DNA of 63,336 bases, the filler included, from Folioceros fuciformis (taxonomy: Eukaryota), in NCBI GenBank assembly GCA_049999805.1. It is 16 parts of 16 records of this genome, joined end to end, with 100 filler letters (N's around TTAATTAATTAA, not from the genome) between each part and the next. Parts side by side here need not be neighbours in the genome. Positions count along the whole stretch, not along the records: positions 60,432 to 61,789 come from JBNGIO010000755.1; positions 61,890 to 63,336 come from JBNGIO010000758.1; 14 more parts are not named here. One strand, written 5' to 3'. A program made the translations under genes and the position numbers. The first letter of the stretch is position 1; the number at the start of each line of letters is the position of its first letter. This document shows, in pieces, positions 60,432 to 63,336 of this stretch. The notes under the pieces were generated by a model. It saw nothing but the letters and a program-made list of their open reading frames with translations, ran no database searches and was not told the DNA's origin.

Positions 60432-60550
60432 CAAGGAACCCCATCGCTCCTTCGTGGGAACGAAACCCAATGTCTCAACGACAGTGGGATAAGTGTGGCC
60501 ACTAAAGGTGGAACCCATTGGCAATCAGTGCCCGGGGTTTTGCCTCCACA
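60432..60550 (-). mobile_element. TGTGG-family LTR 5' end
   Basis: Near-identical to 45601-45719. Confidence 0.85.
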
Positions 60551-60559
60551 CCTGCCCTG

Positions 60560-61380
60560 GCTCTCCAATGCTCCATGTTGGGCCACAGAAGCAAGTCGAT
60601 TTGGGGGACAGGAGGTCCCCTCTCCTGTCTAGAGGGTGCTGCTCCAGGGATCAGTTCAGGTCGCGGCTTTGTCCTTCTGTTGTCGACTGCGTGAAACCCT
60701 TGCGTTGGCACCAGCTTTTGTAATAGCAGTGCCCCCTGCCTTGGTTGCTGCAGTTCCCGCCTCATTACCCACATTTTTCTAATACCTCCTCTTCGGGTGC
60801 TTCTAAAAACATATTATAATTACATGCCCATTCTTCTTGCAATGTGTACAGTATAAGCCCTCTGGGAGGCATTTGCAAGCTAGACTCACATGTTCAGGAT
60901 TGCCACAATAGTTGCACAAAGAGGCAAATGTGGCTGCAGTTGCTCCTACGTTTGCAGGCTTGGCTTGCAGTGGCTTGGCTCCAAACCCTATTGCAATTGA
61001 TCCCTTCGTAGAGAACATGGACTGGTAATGGGTAAATGCTTTAGAGTGTCGTGAGGCATACGTTGAAAAAGCAATCTCCCTACGCTCAGCCTCCTCGTGC
61101 ACTTGCTCCAAGGTATACTTGTCCCCATACTTGTCCACCAATGTTGTGATGAGCTAAAAGTGAAACAATGGGTCTCCCTTTAGGGCTGTTAGAAACTTCC
61201 CCTCTACTTCCTGATCGGTCAGCATTCTTGTTTCTTCCCTCAACTTCTGAAGCCTCCTAAAACACATATGGACTGTCTCCCCCTTCTTGCGAGCAAAAGC
61301 AGCAAAATCTGCAATTTTCTTCGGGGTCTTCAACATGAATGCCTTCTCCAGTATGTCCAGAAAATCTTGCATAGAGTTGG
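60560..61380 (-). pseudogene. gag: Gypsy gag
   Basis: FARKKGETVHMCFRRLQKL, CNYCGNPEH, CTHCKKNGH. Confidence 0.85.
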
Positions 61381-62162
61381 TAAGCTTGGGGTGTGAATGT
61401 ACTCATCCATCCCCAATGTGGCCGTCACCCTCTCAACTGGAGTGAGGCAAGATGGTAGCTGAATAATAGGAGCAATCAGGCCTACAGCAATAGCCGCCTA
61501 ATGGGCTGTAACTTTCTGTAGAGGGAAAAACTATTCGGGTACTCCTTTTTGAGTGACAGATTTGGTGGATTTTGGTTTTTTTGTGTGAAGTGAAGGAGAA
61601 AGCGGCTTGGGTTGAGGATAAAACCGAGGTATTTATACCCAAAGTCTCCTTGGGCCATGGTACTTTGGGCGAATCCGTGGCCAGACCAAGTGTCTGGGGG
61701 TGGTTGGTTGTCCTTGGCCTTTGGCGGAGAGGGGGGGTACCGGGAGGTCTATATATGCACCCCCCCCCTTAAAAATAAGAAATAAGAAANNNNNNNNNNN
61801 NNNNNNNNNNNNNNNNNNNNNNNNNNNNNNNNNTTAATTAATTAANNNNNNNNNNNNNNNNNNNNNNNNNNNNNNNNNNNNNNNNNNNNACCGTCGTGGA
61901 AAGGGAACCGGCGGTAGCCCAACCAATGGTAGTGGAACGGGAACGGCAGTATAAAACCCTAGAGAGAGTCAGGGGGAATCTGGGCAATAATCAAGGCAGG
62001 AGTGTCCGCGGGTTGGAGCGAGAGTGGGAGTAGCCGCGGAGTGCGACGACGGCCGAAAGTGGAGCGGAAGCTTAGGGAGTGTAGCAGAGCGAGCGGAGAG
62101 CGCCGGCGACCATAGGCGCAGGGGGGCAGCAGTGTTCGGAGCACGAGGGAGAATCAAGCAGG

Positions 62163-63030
62163 ATGAGGTCGCGACCAGAGTTGCTACCAGGAGTAACGGG
62201 ACCTGAGCAGGAGGGAGAATCCCTTGTACGGAAGATTGATGTGCTCCTGTGGCCCAACATGGAGCACTAGAGGGCCATAGCCGGAGGGCTGGTCGAAGAA
62301 CTAAGCCTCGAGTTCATGACCCAGAGGTGGAACCATGCTGCGCCGTAGCTGGTCAGGGAGCGCGCCCTGAAGATGAGAGAGCCCATCCGGGAAGAGGGAA
62401 TCCGCGGCAGACCCCAGGAGTGGAACCTGGAGCTGGTAAGGCGGGTGCATGGCCACGATCAGCAGGAGGAGGGAGGACTGGTGCTAGAGTCCCTGAAGAA
62501 ACGAGATGGCATAGCGGAGGTCAAAGGGCCACTCAAACCACGCACCAAGAAGGAAGCCAATGGGTGGCTGGTTCGCGACATGGCCAACCCTCAGTTGATG
62601 GGTCTAGCCAGATGGCTCCTGTGTTTCTTGCAAGTTCGCAAGCAGGATTATCTGTCTGATCTGATGCTCTTGTTTGTGCACGAGGTGGTCAAGCGGAGCA
62701 AGGTGGATTGGGGGAAAATCCTGTATGCCAGGATGGACGAGGAGAGGCAGAATCTGACTTTGGCCTCCCCCCTGCCTTCGATGATCTCCCCCTTTCTAAT
62801 TCATATCTACTGCTATGCTAACCGTGTGTCTGAACTGGAAGTGCTAGCCTCACCGCATATGTGGAGGCTGATAAGGGATGTGAAGTGGAAGCCTGCCGAG
62901 CCAGTGGAAGCTGACTCCAGCAGCTGGGAGTCGGGCGGTGCGAACAGCTCGGAGGAAGGGACCCCCTCCAGGCAGAAGAGGAAGGCAGGGTCAGGAAAAG
63001 GACTCCTGCCAAGCGGAGACTGGCTTGGTT
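62163..63030 (+). pseudogene. Divergent homolog of the accessory ORF globular domain
   Basis: W...LVRE, IRGRPQEWNLELVRRVHG, KVDWGKILY; two in-frame stops upstream of 62373. Confidence 0.65.
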
Positions 63031-63336
63031 TGGTTATAAGAGTGGGTATAGGTTTGGTCCCAGACCTGGGAAAGTTTAGGTCCGGTACCGGACCATAGGG
63101 TGGGGAAAGTTTGAGTCTAGGTTTGGTGATTAGGTTTATTATTAATTAAAGATATATAGTATTAAATGATTAAATAAAAAAATAAAATAAAATAATGGTT
63201 TGAACATAGGAAAGGGAATATGTGGGGTATGTCAGGGTCTGACATCAGGCTGGCTGATTGCCTGGCTAGCCTGAACGGTCATGGAGGCCGTGCCCTAGCT
63301 AGGGCTAGAGGCAGGGGTTGCAGCCGCCCCCATCCC

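Overview
Eukaryotic nuclear DNA from a seed-free land plant; the GRP-ending DYW:KP PPR gene points to a U-to-C-editing lineage, most likely a hornwort. The window is 16 contig pieces joined by 15 artificial 100-nt spacers (44 N + TTAATTAATTAA + 44 N), so adjacency across gaps is not evidence. Most of it is nested, largely decayed LTR retrotransposons: many Ty1/copia copies (one nearly intact, 17451-22463), Ty3/gypsy gag, pol and accessory-ORF fragments (one integrase ending in a PHD finger), about 10 5' ends of a TGTGG-starting LTR family, and a MULE/SWIM transposase relic. The one clear host gene is a PLS-class PPR-E1-E2-DYW:KP(GRP) candidate U-to-C editing factor with two OSB-type PDF motifs at its N-terminus. 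Best novelty candidates: (1) copia elements with extra genes, namely a 140-180 codon coiled-coil ORF0 upstream of gag in four copies and an antisense ORF just inside the polypurine tract in four copies, three of them hydrophobic plus Arg-rich micropeptides; (2) the PDF-PPR-DYW:KP fusion; (3) the PHD-bearing gypsy integrase together with apparent self-targeted nesting. All translations and alignments were done by eye, no database search was run, and boundaries of decayed fragments are approximate.
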